From Phaeosaccion multiseriatum (Eukaryota > Protista > Ochrophyta, other classes), in assembly GCA_965112735.1 (NCBI GenBank), contig OZ218962.1:3038001-3102000 (forward strand): DNA of 64,000 nucleotides, given 5' to 3'. Both the position numbers and the translations under genes were made by a program. Shown in pieces: positions 46,909 to 59,275 of the stretch (the stretch's first letter is position 1; each line of letters starts with the position of its first letter). The notes below the pieces were generated by a model. The model worked only from the letters and a program-made list of their open reading frames with translations. It had not been told where the DNA came from and did no database searches.

Positions 46909-48294
46909 ACGTGGTATCTCTCTCACGCACTCGTGGTCTTTTTTCCTTCCTCCCTCCTTCCCTCCCTCTCTCATGCCACCGCAGACCCAACATCGACTGC
47001 TTCAATGCCTCCATCTCCGCCTACGCCACCAACGGGCAGTGGCTCAAGGCTCTGGAGCAGTTACAGAACATGAAGAAATTCCTCCTCTTCCCCACCACAG
47101 AGTCCTACGCCCTGGCCATAGAGGGCCTGGTGGAGAAGGGGGGGTGGAAGCGTGCCCTCTCCATTATGGATGACATGGAGACGCAGGGCCTCACCCCCTC
47201 GGACAGAGTCTATTGCGCACTGGCCAAGTGCTTCGCCAAGGCGGAGCGGAGGTCGAGGGCGCTGCTGCTGCTGAAGGACATGAGAGAGAAGGGAGTAGAA
47301 CCCGGGATTGAGACTTTCGAGGCCATTTCATCGGCCTGCCTGGTGGACGGAGTGAGGAAGACGGCCTTCAAGGTCAGTGTGTGTGTGTGTGTGTGGGTGT
47401 TGAGGAGCGGGGGGTGGAGGAGGAGGTGATGCGAGTCGTTGGGTTGGCCGGGGGGGGCGAGGGGGGGGCAATATTTATTGACATAGGGGAGGGGCAATAT
47501 TTGTTGACTTAAAGGGGGAGGGGTGGGGCGTTTGAGGGGGGATGCAGCGGGGAGGCGCCATGATTCATTCGTCGAGAGTAGTGTAGTAGTGAGGAGGGAG
47601 GGAAGGAGGGACGCGGTGAGGCGGTGAGGCAGTGAGGCAGTGAGGCGGCGCTGTGTGTTCAGGGACTGTTTCATCGGACAAGGACGGACAGCGGGCTGAC
47701 TGGGCCTTTGGGGTGGGCAGGGGGGGGAGGAGGAAGGAAAGAGGGAGGTGTGGTGGGGCGGGATTTGGAGGCATATGGGGCTGATGGGGCTGGGGCGGTC
47801 TCGCGGGGAGGGTGGGGAGGGGGGCAGGGGTACAGACGGAGCAGAGCAGCATAGAGCAGAGCAGTTGGTGATACAGAGCAGAGCAGAGCAGAGCAGCATA
47901 GAGCAGAGCAGTTGGTGATACAGAGCAGAGCAGAGCAGAGCAGAGCAGGGTGACGATCGTGCGCACTCACGCATGCACGCACGCACGCACGTAGGAGTTT
48001 CTCGCTTTGCTTTCGTCTCGGACGTTGTGGTCCGGAGAGCGCCCCACCCATCGAAGCACCAACCTTCCTACCTGACTGTGCCACTTGCTGGTATGTGTGT
48101 GTGTGTGTCTCAGGATCTGTTGAAGGAGTTCATAGCGGACGGTCACGTAACGGAGGGGCAGGCGGAGGCCCTGCTCAAGACAAGACTCATCACCTTCTAC
48201 AGACACGACCATTTCCTGGAGGTGAGTGCTGCCGGTGGTGGGCAGCAGGGGAGGCGGGGCAGAGGATGGGCAGTTGGTGATACACGGGGGGCAG

Positions 48295-48330
<36 letters not shown>

Positions 48331-50543
48331 AGGGTCCCCCCTTGTGTGGGAGGGTTAAGGGGTTTGAGGTGGGGTTGTGTGGGCAGATGAGGTGGGGTTG
48401 TGTGGGCAGGTGACAGACAATAGAGGACCCAGAGGGCAGTTGGTGATGCAGCAGTGGTGCAGAGATGGTGGAGGCGTATGGGGTCGCTTTATTGGGCAAG
48501 ACCTTACGAACTGAACTGACCTGAAGTGGAAGTGGAAGTGGAAGTGGAAGTGGAAGTGGCGGTGGACAGGGGAGACGGATGAGTCTCCTCCCCCTTCCGC
48601 CTGCGTGCATGTGCTCTGCGTAAAGGGCGTGCAACTACTCCGACCCAGGGACCCATCTACTTTGCTCTTCTTCGACATACGACAGTAGAGGAGAAGTAGT
48701 GATGGTCTTGTATGCAGGCAGCCCCCCCTCATCTCCTTCCCTCTCCCCTCCTTCCCCTCCCCCCTTCATCTCCTTCCCTCTCCCCTCCTTCCCCTCCCCC
48801 CTTCCACCCCCTTTAGGCCCTCTCGGTGCTGGATGAGGCTCGATACGTCGATTTGCCCCCGTCTCTCCCCCTCTACAACGCCGCCCTGGCCGCCTGTGCG
48901 AAGCTTGGAGAACCCACCAAGGCCCTCAACCTCCTCCGCACCATGCGACAAGAAGGGCTCTCCCCCGACGGCGACAGTTACAAGGACGCCATCGGAGCAT
49001 GTGCGCGGGCAGAGAACATGGACAAGGCGGTGCTTATGCTGAGCGAGATGCGCGAGGCAGGGGTGCAGCCCTCTTCGGCTCACTACAAGTTGGTGATAGA
49101 GGGGTGGGGCATGGTGGGGGAGAACGTAAGGGCTATGGCCACGCTTGACGCCATGCAGCAGGTGAGGCTCAGGGCGGTGTTTGTGTGTATGTGAGTGAGT
49201 GAGTGTGTGAGTGTGTATGTGTGTGTGAGTGAGTGTGTGATTGTGTGTGTGTGAGTGAGTGTGTGTGTGTATGTGTGTGTGAGTGAGTGTGTGATTGTGT
49301 GTGTGTGAGTGAGTGTGTGTGTGTATGTGTGTGTGAGTGAGTGTGTGATTGTGTGTGTGTGAGTGAGTGTGTGTGTGAGTGAGTGTGTGATTGTGTGTGT
49401 GTGAGTGAGTGTGTGTGTGTGTATGTGTGTGTGAGTGAGTGTGTGATTGTGTGTGTGTGAGTGAGTGTGTGAGTGTGTATGTGTGTGTGAGTGAGTGTGT
49501 GAGTGTGTATGTGTGTGTGAGTGAGTGTGTGATTGTGTGTGTGTGAGTGAGTGTGTGAGTGTGTATGTGTGTGTGAGTGAGTGTGTGATTGTGTGTGTGT
49601 GAGTGAGTGTGTGAGTGAGTGTGTGTGTGAGTGAGTGTGTGATTGTGTGTGTGTGTTGTCGTGTTTGGGGATGTGGAGTCTGCACTCGTGGCACAGTGCC
49701 TTGGGTATCACTCATTGGGTATCATTGGGTATCTTGTTTGCGCTCCTGTTACACCACCTTGGGTATCATTCATTGGGTATCTTGGCGCTTTCTTTTGGGG
49801 GGGAGCAGCGGACGCGTTCTATGCCACTGGCTCAGTCCTCAGTCCTCATCGCGCCGATCTGATGCGCGCTCCTCTTTCCCATCCACTGCCATCCCTTCCT
49901 CGTATACACACACGCACACACCCACACATACACACACAGGACAACGGCATCGTGCCCGACGCGATTACATATGGCGCCATAGTGAAGGTGCTGGTGCAGA
50001 GCAACCAGGTCATCCAGGCCGCGTACATGCTGCTCACGGACCTGCCCGCCAAGGGGATCACGCCGGAGAGTGAGAGCTTCCTTGCCGTCATCGATGCCTG
50101 CAAGGGACTGCAGCACGCACCCAGGTGGGTCATGTAGAGGCTTTTGTAGGCTTAGAGGGGTTTCTGTAGGTAGTCTTACGTACTCTTACGTAGTCTTACG
50201 TGCTTCGGGTTTGGCTTGGGCCACACGCGCGCCCACGCTGCACAACCGCACACACACCAACACAAACGCGCACACACACGCGCACACACGCAGTTGACTT
50301 ACTTCCACACATTTGACACACTTGCACGCACACGCATACAGGGTGGTGGACTTGCTGGTGGAGATGCGTCGTGTGAACATGCCGGACCCGCGCTGCTACC
50401 AGGCGGCGGCTAAGGTGCTCGGGGAGGTTCATCAGACAGGCCTCTTGAGAGGAGAGCTCGAGGTGTTACAAGCAGCCTTCGGGGGGGAAGGGGAGGGAGG
50501 AGGGGCAGGGGGGACGAGGACGAGGCGCTGTCCAAGTGGCTGA
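45934..50543 (+). CDS. Pentatricopeptide repeat (PPR) protein, 6 exons, probably organelle-targeted
   Basis: Exons 45934-46745, 46985-47372, 48114-48221, 48817-49161, 49940-50124, 50342-50543. 35-aa repeats such as CFNASISAYATNGQWLKALEQLQNMKKFLLFPTTE and LYNAALAACAKLGEPTKALNLLRTMRQEGLSPDGD. Confidence 0.92.
49180..49655. repeat. Compound (GT)n/GTGA/GATT satellite at the 5' end of a PPR intron
   Basis: Directly visible. Confidence 0.9.
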
Positions 50544-51177
50544 CAGGGCTAGGGCTGGAGCGAGCGGCGGCTTTGTTGGTGCGCCTTGAGCGAGTCGTGG
50601 AGGGTCAAGTGCAGCAGGAGGGAAATTAGCATTGGAAATTGGGCGGTTCGGAGGGGAACAGAAAGGGGAGAGCAAGTGCGTGTACCTGCACGTCAGAGTG
50701 GAAGTGCAGTGTGATGGGTGGGGGAGGGGAGCGTGAGGAGTAGGGAGAGTAGGGGGGGGTTGTCCTTCCGTAGACGAGGAGGGGGGAGGCGGTGGGTGCT
50801 GGTGCTTCCTGACGCCAGGCACTGGCTGGCTGCCTTGGTCTGTCAGTAAGTCACTGAAGGAGTGAGTCAGGCATGCATGCAGGCAGGCAGGCAGCGCCCT
50901 CAATCAAAAGCCCCAAGCACAAGCAAGCAAAACATTGCATATGTTCTGTTCAGTCGTTTTCCGGTGTTTGCGCTCGTCCACCCCCCGCCATACGCCTGAT
51001 GAGCGGACCCTTCCTACATCGCGGGACGTCCTCCTGCTGTGGCGAAACGCACCCACACCACAGATGAGAGAGCACTCGGCCTAAGCTCCTTCGCACTGGA
51101 CCTCCTCTCTCTCTGCCACGCCTCGCTCAGGCCTTGCTCAGGCCTTGCTTAGGCCCCGCTCAGGACACGGGCCTTGC

Positions 51178-53090
51178 TCAGGGGTCAGCTCGAACCCTTT
51201 TCCTCGAGGGTGCTCCCTCCTCCTTCTCAGTCCCACTCTGCGCCAGCTCGAAGCCGTACCCTCCCATGAGTACCTTCACCTCCTTCGCCATGCCCTCCAA
51301 GCACAAAAATTCCGCTGCCTGCAGAGCCTGCTTCGCTCTAACGTCGTCGAAAAGCTTCACGAGCTCCCTCTTCTTCGAGCCTGTGCTACTCACCGCCCCT
51401 CCTCCTCCTCCTCCTCCCCTGCTGCTGTCGCTGCTGCTAGCGCCCCCCTCTCCCGGCCTTCTCGTCAGCATCTTCTCCACACTGCCCGTGGTCACGAAGT
51501 TCACCACAGCCTCAAAGCCCTCCTCGGTAAAGTCCACACCTTCATGCTCCAGCTCTGCACGCTTCATCTCCTTCTTGCCCTTGCCTTCCCCCTCTCCTCC
51601 ATCTTCCTCGTCGCCTTTGTAGCCGTGCTTCCTCGGGTCGAGCATGTTCGGAAGAATGCCTGCCGCGGAGGCCGAACGACCTCTCTCTCCTTGTCTCCCA
51701 CTGACCCTCGCCGCCACCTGCTTCATCAGAGGGATGCTCAAGACGTCTTCCTTCTCGCCCTTCTCTCCACTGCCCTTGTTCACGAGTCCAACCTGCACTC
51801 TGGTGTCGGCCTTGTCGGCGTTAGCCCCGGTGGGTAAGGAGGAGTAGTGGTCAGAAATGGTGTGAAGCCTCTCCGTGACGGCACGGCCTCACGCGCCTCT
51901 GTTCCCTTCCGGATGAAAGAGGCAATAATGCCACTGAAGCCTGCCGCTCCTGCCACAGTGATGGCCTTTTCGTCAGCGTCAGCGCCCATCTTCAGCAGGA
52001 GTCGAGCCACATTCTCCCTCGCTCCCTTCTTTCCTGGTGTGAATTACAGGCTGTCCAATGCCTCAGCCACCTTCCCTTCTTCAGGGCACATGCACGATAC
52101 CAAAGGGCTCTCACCATCATCGGTAAGGGGCATCAACGGCGGCTCCAGCCTCGACCAGGAGGTAGACAATCTCCATGCTGCCCATGGCGGCAGCGAGAGA
52201 TTCAGTGGGGTGATCGAAGTCTTGTCCTTAATGTGAGCAGAGGCATCCGCGCGTATCAGCTCGCCAACAATCTCCTCGTTGGCCAGGCCAACAGCGTTCA
52301 TAAGCGGGGTTCTACCCCACTTATCCACACCATCAAGGGGGGCACCGTGGCGAATAAGCTCCTTCACACTCCAAGCAAAGAGGCCAAATGGAGCGGCCTT
52401 TCCAGGTAGACGTTCTTTCCATCGATCTGCAGCCCCCTGCCCACAAGAAGGGGGATGCACTCCTCCGAGTGTGGCCATGTGCGGTCTTCACCTGCACATC
52501 TGCACCCTTGTTTAGCAGCATCGACGGAGCCTCGGCCTGCTCGGTTGGCGAGCTCCCCCCCCCTCAAACGTGCAGCAGCACTGGGCCGGCGTGTCACGCA
52601 TACTCCTTCTCAAAAACGTAAGCTCCAGCCTTCAGCAGCATCTTCACACACACAGGCCTTCCATGACTAGCAGCCCAATGCAAGGCGTAGCTTCCCTCCC
52701 ATTTGGCCCCATGCTTCAGCAAGTACCAGACTATCATGGGCTGGCCGGCCTGAGCCGCAAGGCGTAGAGCTGTCCGTCCGGCATCACACTTGATGTTCAC
52801 ATTCGCACCCGCCTCCACTAGTCCTTTCCTTCACCAAGTCGAAGTGTCCCCTCCATGCAGCTTGGTGCAGAGCAGTCTTGCCAAAGACCCTCCCTCCCCC
52901 TCCATTTGTGTCTCTTTGCTCTTCTCAGCATCGGCGAGGTCGTGCAGCGGAGTATAGCCATCGTCCTTGAGCTCCTGGAGATCGACCGTGCACAGGACGG
53001 CCTTGAGCCAGAGCAGGAGCTCCTCCTTGCTGCCGCTCCAGCCAGATGCCTCCTTTATTCTTGCAGAGTTTGCTTCTACGAATGTTGAGC
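51178..53090 (-). pseudogene. Intronless ankyrin-repeat gene with C-terminal BTB/SKP1-like segment, broken by stops and frameshifts
   Basis: Fragments in different frames: DDGYTPLH, GANVNIKCDAGRTALRLAA, ALHWAASHGRPVCVKMLLKAGA, VDKWGRTPLMNAV, DGESPL. C-terminal FEAVVNFV...ALQAAEFLCLEGM resembles BTB/SKP1 helices. Confidence 0.8.
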
Positions 53091-53140
53091 AGTTGGTTCT
53101 CTTTTTTGGCGGTTAAGCGACCCCCAAATGGCGAGGGCCG

Positions 53141-55869
53141 ACATAAGATCATAAGATCATACAAGAGATCATCACCTCCGCACGCGCCACCGCACAACGG
53201 ACCATCGCCGCACACCCCGGCCGCTACGCTAAGCCCAACAACGCCGACCACCGCAGAGTCATCCGGCAGGCACTCATCAACGCCAACTGGCACTCGGGAC
53301 CAGGCCCCTCAGGCCTCCGCTACTCCCACCTGAAGGACATGCTTCAAGACCCCGCCCACGGCACCGACCTCCTCCTCCTCCTCGTCAACGAGTTCCCCCT
53401 TGCCCACGAGTCCCTGGGCAAACTCCCGGAGTACTTCCACGGCCTCTTCACCCATGCCTGCCTCGACGCTCTCGGCGAGAAACGACGCCCCATCGCCGTA
53501 AAGGAGACGCTCACCCGCCTCTTTCACTCCACCCACGGCATCCACTACAAGCCCGCCTACCAGGAGGCATTCGAGAGCGTCGGCCAGCTTGGCGTCGCGA
53601 CAAAGAACGGCACGGAGAAAGTCGCCAAATCCGCCCAACTGCTCCACGACATGGGCTACTGGGTCGCTACCAGCGACCTCCGCAACGCCCATAACGAAGT
53701 CACAACCGCGGCCACGCTCACGGGAACCGCCCTCGTCGACCCCCGTGGCATCGAGCACAACATCGCCGCCCTTGGGAAGGACCGCGACCTCATCTACCTG
53801 TCTGACGACGGCAACCAGCTGCTACGCACCAACCGCGGCAGCGGCGGACAAGGCGACCCCGAGGCCAGCAAGAACTTCTGCTGCGCACTCTACCCCCTCC
53901 AACAGAAGTGGACCAACGAGGCCCGTGAGGAGGGCATCCCCGCACCCCGGGCCTACCAGGACGACTTCGTCCACCCCTGGCGCGGCAACCTCGCCGACTT
54001 CGAGCCCACTCTCGACACCTTCACCACCGACCTCGCCTCCATCGGCCTCACCCGCCGCACGGACAAGCAACGATACCTCCCCCCCCCGGGCCACCACGTC
54101 ACCATGGAAGAGCGCGCCTTCGTGGACCGCACCGGCGGCACCATCATCGAGGACGGCGGCTTGAGCATTGTCGGCCTCCCAGTCGGCCAAGACGACTTCA
54201 TCAGAGGTTACCTCTCCCAACTCATGGTGGACGGACCCGACAGACACGCCTTCCTAAACCTCGCCGAGCAGATCGCCCTCATGCAGGAGACACAACCCGC
54301 CCTCCTCCTGCTCACGAAGTCACTCTCGCCAAAACTCCAGCACCTTCTGCGCGGTGCCGCCCCCGGCCAGACGATCAACACCATTGCCTCCCCCGGCGAC
54401 GCCCTCAGCCTCGCCGTCGGAGAGGCCCTACTCCAACTCCCAGGAGCGGACACCATCGGAGACATCATCGCCAGCGCACCCTCGGACCGACTGTCGCACC
54501 TTCAGCTCGCCTCACACCAGCACCAACAGATGTTCCTTCCCCAGTCCCAAGGAGGTTGGGGCTCCCTCTCCCTCACCAACACCGCCATACCAGCCTACCT
54601 GGGCGCAGCCGCCGACACCCTCCAGTCAGTGATCACACCGGGAGCCATCTGGCCAGAGGCGGACCTACGCGACCTCGCCCCAGCCCTCCGCCAGAGTAGC
54701 ACGGTCCAAAACATCGTTACCACCATCCAGGCCGCCGCCGAAGACGGGACCCTCTCCCGACAAGACCTGGAGATGAATCTCCCCCTCCCCCTGGTCAACC
54801 TCGCGCTCACCTCAGCAGCGGACCGCCAACGAGCTGAGGACGCCTTCGACACCAGCCTCGCCCAGGGCACCTGGGCCCCGCAGCAGCAGACGCAGCGCGC
54901 CCTGCAGAGATGCCTAGCGCCGCAACGCCGGGACAAGTACCGCGCCTCACTGGACCGACTCCCCGACGACGCCGCTGCTGCCGATACCGGCATGGAGTCT
55001 CGCCGACAGGCCAAGTCTCGGCACCTGAGCCAGAGCAGCGACGGGGCCATGGGCTTCATCGCCACCTCACCTGGACAGGTCTCCATGCCGGCCCAAGACA
55101 TGGTAGGGGCCCTACGACGCTCCCTCGGCATCAACTGTCTGTACAGCCCTGGGGAACCCGACGCACTAGTCTGCACCCGCTGCAACACACGCGCCGACTC
55201 CTCCCACGCCATCCAGTGCCCCAACCAGAGCTCGCTCTATCACACCGGGATGCTCTCCTCCGTCGAGGACATGTTCAAGCAGAACTACGTCTCCCGCGTC
55301 GGACACGAGAGCTCGGAGCTCTTCAACCCCCCGCACAACATCGCCCGGACCTTCCGCATGGACGCCACCCTCCCCCGAGGCGCCCTCTCCGGAGCCCGCG
55401 ACCCCACCTTTGCCCACCCGGCGCACATGCTTGACCTAACCCTGAGTAACAACCTCTGCAGGACGGCCTTGAATGTGCTCCGCACGGACATTAGACCGGG
55501 AGCGGCAGCCGCCAACAGCGAGACCCGCAAGGAGCGACATTACAGGGGCACTTACGACCGAGAGCGTGTTCGCCTCTCCACCTTCGCCATCGAGACCCAC
55601 GGCCGACTCGGCGCACAGGCGCAATCGCTCCTGCACGCACTCGCCGAGCACGTGGTCACCCGCACTGGCCGCACGGGCTCCTCCACCACCAAGGGCCACG
55701 TCCTGACACGACTACGCCGCCTCGTCAGCTGCAGCCACCAGATGTGGCTCTCGGAGCGGGAGCGCGCCTTCCTGGGTCGGCTCAACCGCGGAGCCGGTCC
55801 CGCACTCCCCCTCCCCGCCCTAGAGGGGGAGTAACCGCCCCCTCGAGGGCCCCGGAGACACAGCGACAC

Positions 55870-55911
<42 letters not shown>

Positions 55912-55971
55912 TCACACTTTCAGTTTCTTAGGTGATTCCTATTAAGTCAATAAAGTGTCACATAAGATCAT
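53141..55971 (+). mobile_element. 5'-truncated non-LTR retrotransposon (RT + CCHC finger + restriction-like endonuclease; CRE/early-branching RLE clade) with 12-bp TSD
   Basis: ACATAAGATCAT at 53141-53152 and 55960-55971. The 3' UTR has (CA)n and ends ...aagtcaataaagtgtc. Confidence 0.92.
53147..55834 (+). CDS. Retrotransposon RT-RLE ORF (open upstream of the first ATG at 53339, N-terminally truncated)
   Basis: SGPGPSGLRYSHL (RT0), RPIAV, SDLRNAHNEV, GGQGDP, AYQDD, IVGLPVG, LPQSQGGWG, CTRC..HAIQC, RMD..LDLT..KERHY..FAIETHGRLG. Confidence 0.92.
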   Translation, partial: DHKIIQEIITSARATAQRTIAAHPGRYAKPNNADHRRVIRQALINANWHSGPGPSGLRYSHLKDMLQDPAHGTDLLLLLVNEFPLAHESLGKLPEYFHGLFTHACLDALGEKRRPIAVKETLTRLFHSTHGIHYKPAYQEAFESVGQLGVATKNGTEKVAKSAQLLHDMGYWVATSDLRNAHNEVTTAATLTGTALVDPRGIEHNIAALGKDRDLIYLSDDGNQLLRTNRGSGGQGDPEASKNFCCALYPLQQKWTNEAREEGIPAPRAYQDDFVHPWRGNLADFEPTLDTFTTDLASIGLTRRTDKQRYLPPPGHHVTMEERAFVDRTGGTIIEDGGLSIVGLPVGQDDFIRGYLSQLMVDGPDRHAFLNLAEQIALMQETQPALLLLTKSLSPKLQHLLRGAAPGQTINTIASPGDALSLAVGEALLQLPGADTIGDIIASAPSDRLSHLQLASHQHQQMFLPQSQGGWGSLSLTNTAIPAYLGAAADTLQSVITPGAIWPEADLRDLAPALRQSSTVQNIVTTIQAAAEDGTLSRQDLEMNLPLPLVNLALTSAADRQRAEDAFDTSLAQGTWAPQQQTQRALQRCLAPQRRDKYRASLDRLPDDAAAADTGMESRRQAKSRHLSQSSDGAMGFIATSPGQVSMPAQDMVGALRRSLGINCLYSPGEPDALVCTRCNTRADSSHAIQCPNQSSLYHTGMLSSVEDMFKQNYVSRVGHESSELFNPPHNIARTFRMDATLPRGALSGARDPTFAHPAHMLDLTLSNNLCRTALNVLRTDIRPGAAAANSETRKERHYRGTYDRERVRLSTFAIETHGRLGAQAQSLLHALAEHVVTRTGRTGSSTTKGHVLTRLRRLVSCSHQMWLSERERAFLGRLNRGAGPALPLPALEGE

Positions 55972-56031
55972 TTTCCCACAAAGCAGCCATGCATTGAGCG
56001 ACCGCAGCTGCTGCTGCTACTGCTGCTGCTG

Positions 56032-58198
56032 ATGGGACGAGAGAGCGTGCGCCCTCGTCGGGAGGGCCCCATTCGCAGGCTAAAGAAGCAAGGGAGTCGC
56101 AGCATCAGTGTCTCGGGAGCAGCTCGATACCCCAGAGGGATTGCAGCGCTGAGGGTAGTCGGAGTCGCCGCAGTACTTGTACTTGCGTACCTCTTCTTCA
56201 CAGAGCATGGTTCCGAGGAGGAGTCGGCCTGGTTTGAGGTGAGTGCCGGTGCTCTCTGACCTAATCAATGATACCACCCAGAACGTGGTGTCGTCTCTTA
56301 GCTCTACTTTCATGTCTGAGAGTTTGTGGGAGGGAGCCTTCTTATCCCTATCTTTCCTATTGCGCACGTTATTATTTAAGTTTCTTTACCTGCTTGGGCG
56401 CCCCTATCTGCTCTGCGTTACCCCCTCTCTCTTCTGCTCTCTCATCTCTCTCTTCTCTCCTCCCCCTCCCCCCCCCTTCCTCCTCCTCCTCCTCCTCCTC
56501 CTCCTCCTCCTCCTCCTCCTCCTCCTCCTCCTCCTCCTCCTCCTCCTCCTCCTCCTCCTCCTCCTCCTCCTCCTCCTCCTCCTCCTCTCCCTCCTCCTCC
56601 TCCTCCTCCTCCTCCTCCTCCTCCTCATGCTGCTGCTGCTGCTGCTGCTGCTACTACTACTGCTGTGATTTCTCCCCTACTCCTTCCCCAATGAAAGGCT
56701 GGCCTACCCGGCGCAGGCGAGAACGCCTCTGTGACATCTGTCTCTGTAGCATCTGCTCGAGACGAGTCCGGCGCCTTCCTGCTGGGCTATAGCTCGCTCG
56801 ATGGAGTCGTGAGCACTTCTGCCCTCGGTGAGCCCCCTCTGCCCTCCTGCCTGGGTTGCGTCAAGGCAGAGCATAAACCATAAGGATGACAGCCCAAGGG
56901 GGCAGATGGTGGCAGATGGCACGCAGATGAGGCAGTCGGACAGAGGGGTGTATGCGGGAGTGGAAACCATACAGAAATACACCCAACTTAGTGTGACCTC
57001 TTAGCCTTCTATGCTCTCTTTTCGCCCTCCCCTGCACACCGACGCCATTCATTCATTCATTCATTCATTCATTCATTCATTCCGGCCGCCCCCCTGTCCA
57101 CCACTCTGTCCTGCCCTTCTTCCCACCCGCCCCTTCCCTTCGCCCCATTGACTGCCATCCGCCCTTTCCTTTCTCTCAGGGGCGGCGCTATCGAGTGTGA
57201 CGCGTCACCCCGTGGACGTGGAGTCTCTTGGATGGCGCAAGCTCGGGAGGGAGGGGCAGCGCCTCGCGGCGGAGGGGAGGCTGTACCCCGCCATGCAGGC
57301 CTTCAACGCCCTCTTCCAGGTGTGTGTGTGTGTGTGTGTGTGTGCGTGTGTGTGTGTGTGTGTGCGTGTGTGTGTGTGTATGGGTGTGTGTATGGGTGTG
57401 TGTATGTGTGTGTATGTGTGTGTGGAAAGGATGGGGGGGGGGGGGCAGCTAACGGTGTGTGTAGGGGGGGTGTAGATTGGCCAGTTAACTGCACTTTGCA
57501 CTTTGGGAAAATTGCCCGGCCAAGCGAGGGCCGTCGGCCCTCGGCCTATTTGTATAGGTGGCACAGCAAATTTGGCCGCCACAACTCACAATCAAGTGGA
57601 AGGCGTTCGAAATCACTACTCACGCGCTTTCGTGTGTGTGCAAAGCGCGTGAGTAGTGATGTGGTGTTGTGTATCACCAACTGGTGGTGTGGTTGACTGA
57701 GCGAAGGGTGGCGTCTCCTGTACTGTGGTGGAAGCACGCAAGCAACGATGAACAACTATTATCTCCTGCCTACTCCCTGCTCACCGCCCCTGAGCCGTAC
57801 CCCCCCCCCTCTCCTCCTTGCCGCGTTGTGTCTCCACCCCTCCAATACTTGGTCTGTGCGAGAAGTCGCCAACTGTGTACAGCTCCATCCCCCTGCGGCA
57901 GCGCTATGAGCTACACCTGGCCCTGTCCGACGTGCTGTTGGACCTGCACATGTACAGGTTGGTCATACGGTAGGGGGAAGGGGGGAGGGGGGCCGGCATG
58001 TTGTGAAATGACATCACATGTGCTCCGTCTCTCTCATTCTCTTTCTCTCTCTCTCTTTCTCTTTATCCCTCCCTCCCTCCCTCCCTCCCTCCCTTCCTCC
58101 CTCCCCCCTTCCCTCTCTCTCTCTCCTTGTCGCTCGCTCGCTCTTGCTCTCTCTCCTATCTCCATTTCTCTTGCTCTTGCTCTCTCTCCCTCTCCCTC

Positions 58199-58241
<43 letters not shown>

Positions 58242-58627
58242 CCCCTTCTCCTGGTTGAGGCCGTCCGTCGGTTAAGAAACACACACACACCCACGTCCGT
58301 CCCCCCCACCAACCCACGCACGCACCCCCCCCCCCCCTCTGACTTGCTTCCCCAGCCGAGCTGAGCACTCGCTGTACGAGGCGATTTCCGTGGGCGGCAT
58401 GGGCGGGTGGGAGGGGGGAAGCTTCGCAGCCTACTTCCGCCTCGCCACGGCCTGCGCGCTGCAGGGGAGACTCCAAGAGGCGGCCAGGCACTACAAGCAG
58501 TGCCTCTTTCTGAGGTGGGATGGATGGCAGTGAATGGCGGGGGGGAGGGGGGTGCTTCCTTTCTTTCCCCTTCTTTCGCCCCTTGCCTTTCTTTGTTCCT
58601 CCACTTCTGGCTCTCTCTCTCTCTCTC

Positions 58628-58663
<36 letters not shown>

Positions 58664-58802
58664 TCTTTCTCTCCTCTCTCTCCCTCTCCCTCTCCCTCTC
58701 CCTCTCTCTCTCTCCTCCTCTCACCGCGGCTGTCCCCCGTGCCTTCTCCTCCTTGCCCATATGCCTTGCCATACGGGATGGCATCACACGTACGCCCACA
58801 CA

Positions 58803-58859
<57 letters not shown>

Positions 58860-59140
58860 GCTGTCTCTCCCTCCCCCAGGCCGAAGTCTCTCCTGGCGCT
58901 GCAGCAGCTGGGCAGGCTCCTCTTCTGTATGGGCCGCCTCAACGAGGGAAGACACTACCTGTCCAGGTCAGTTTCTCATCCATGTAGAGGCATACAGGCA
59001 TGTAGAGGCATATAGACCCCCTCTTGCTTTGCTTGCCCATATACCTGCCCTGGCCTGTGCCGCTCGTGTGACACCCTGCTGGACTGACGAGGTATCTTTG
59101 CACTCTCTCCATACTTGGCTTCGTTGCTGTCGGGCCGTCC

Positions 59141-59193
<53 letters not shown>

Positions 59194-59223
59194 TTGGCTT
59201 CGTTGCTGTTGGGCCGTCCCTCC

Positions 59224-59275
<52 letters not shown>

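Noticed and set aside
12517-53090. Endogenous giant-virus segment (FNIP, ankyrin, BTB genes)
   Set aside because: No NCLDV core genes seen, and these genes are interspersed with ordinary spliced host genes. Single-gene viral ancestry is not excluded.
16086-55834. Diversity-generating retroelement (variable repeats plus an RT)
   Set aside because: The RT is a non-LTR RLE type, no TR/VR pair was found, and variation includes indels with no evident adenine restriction.
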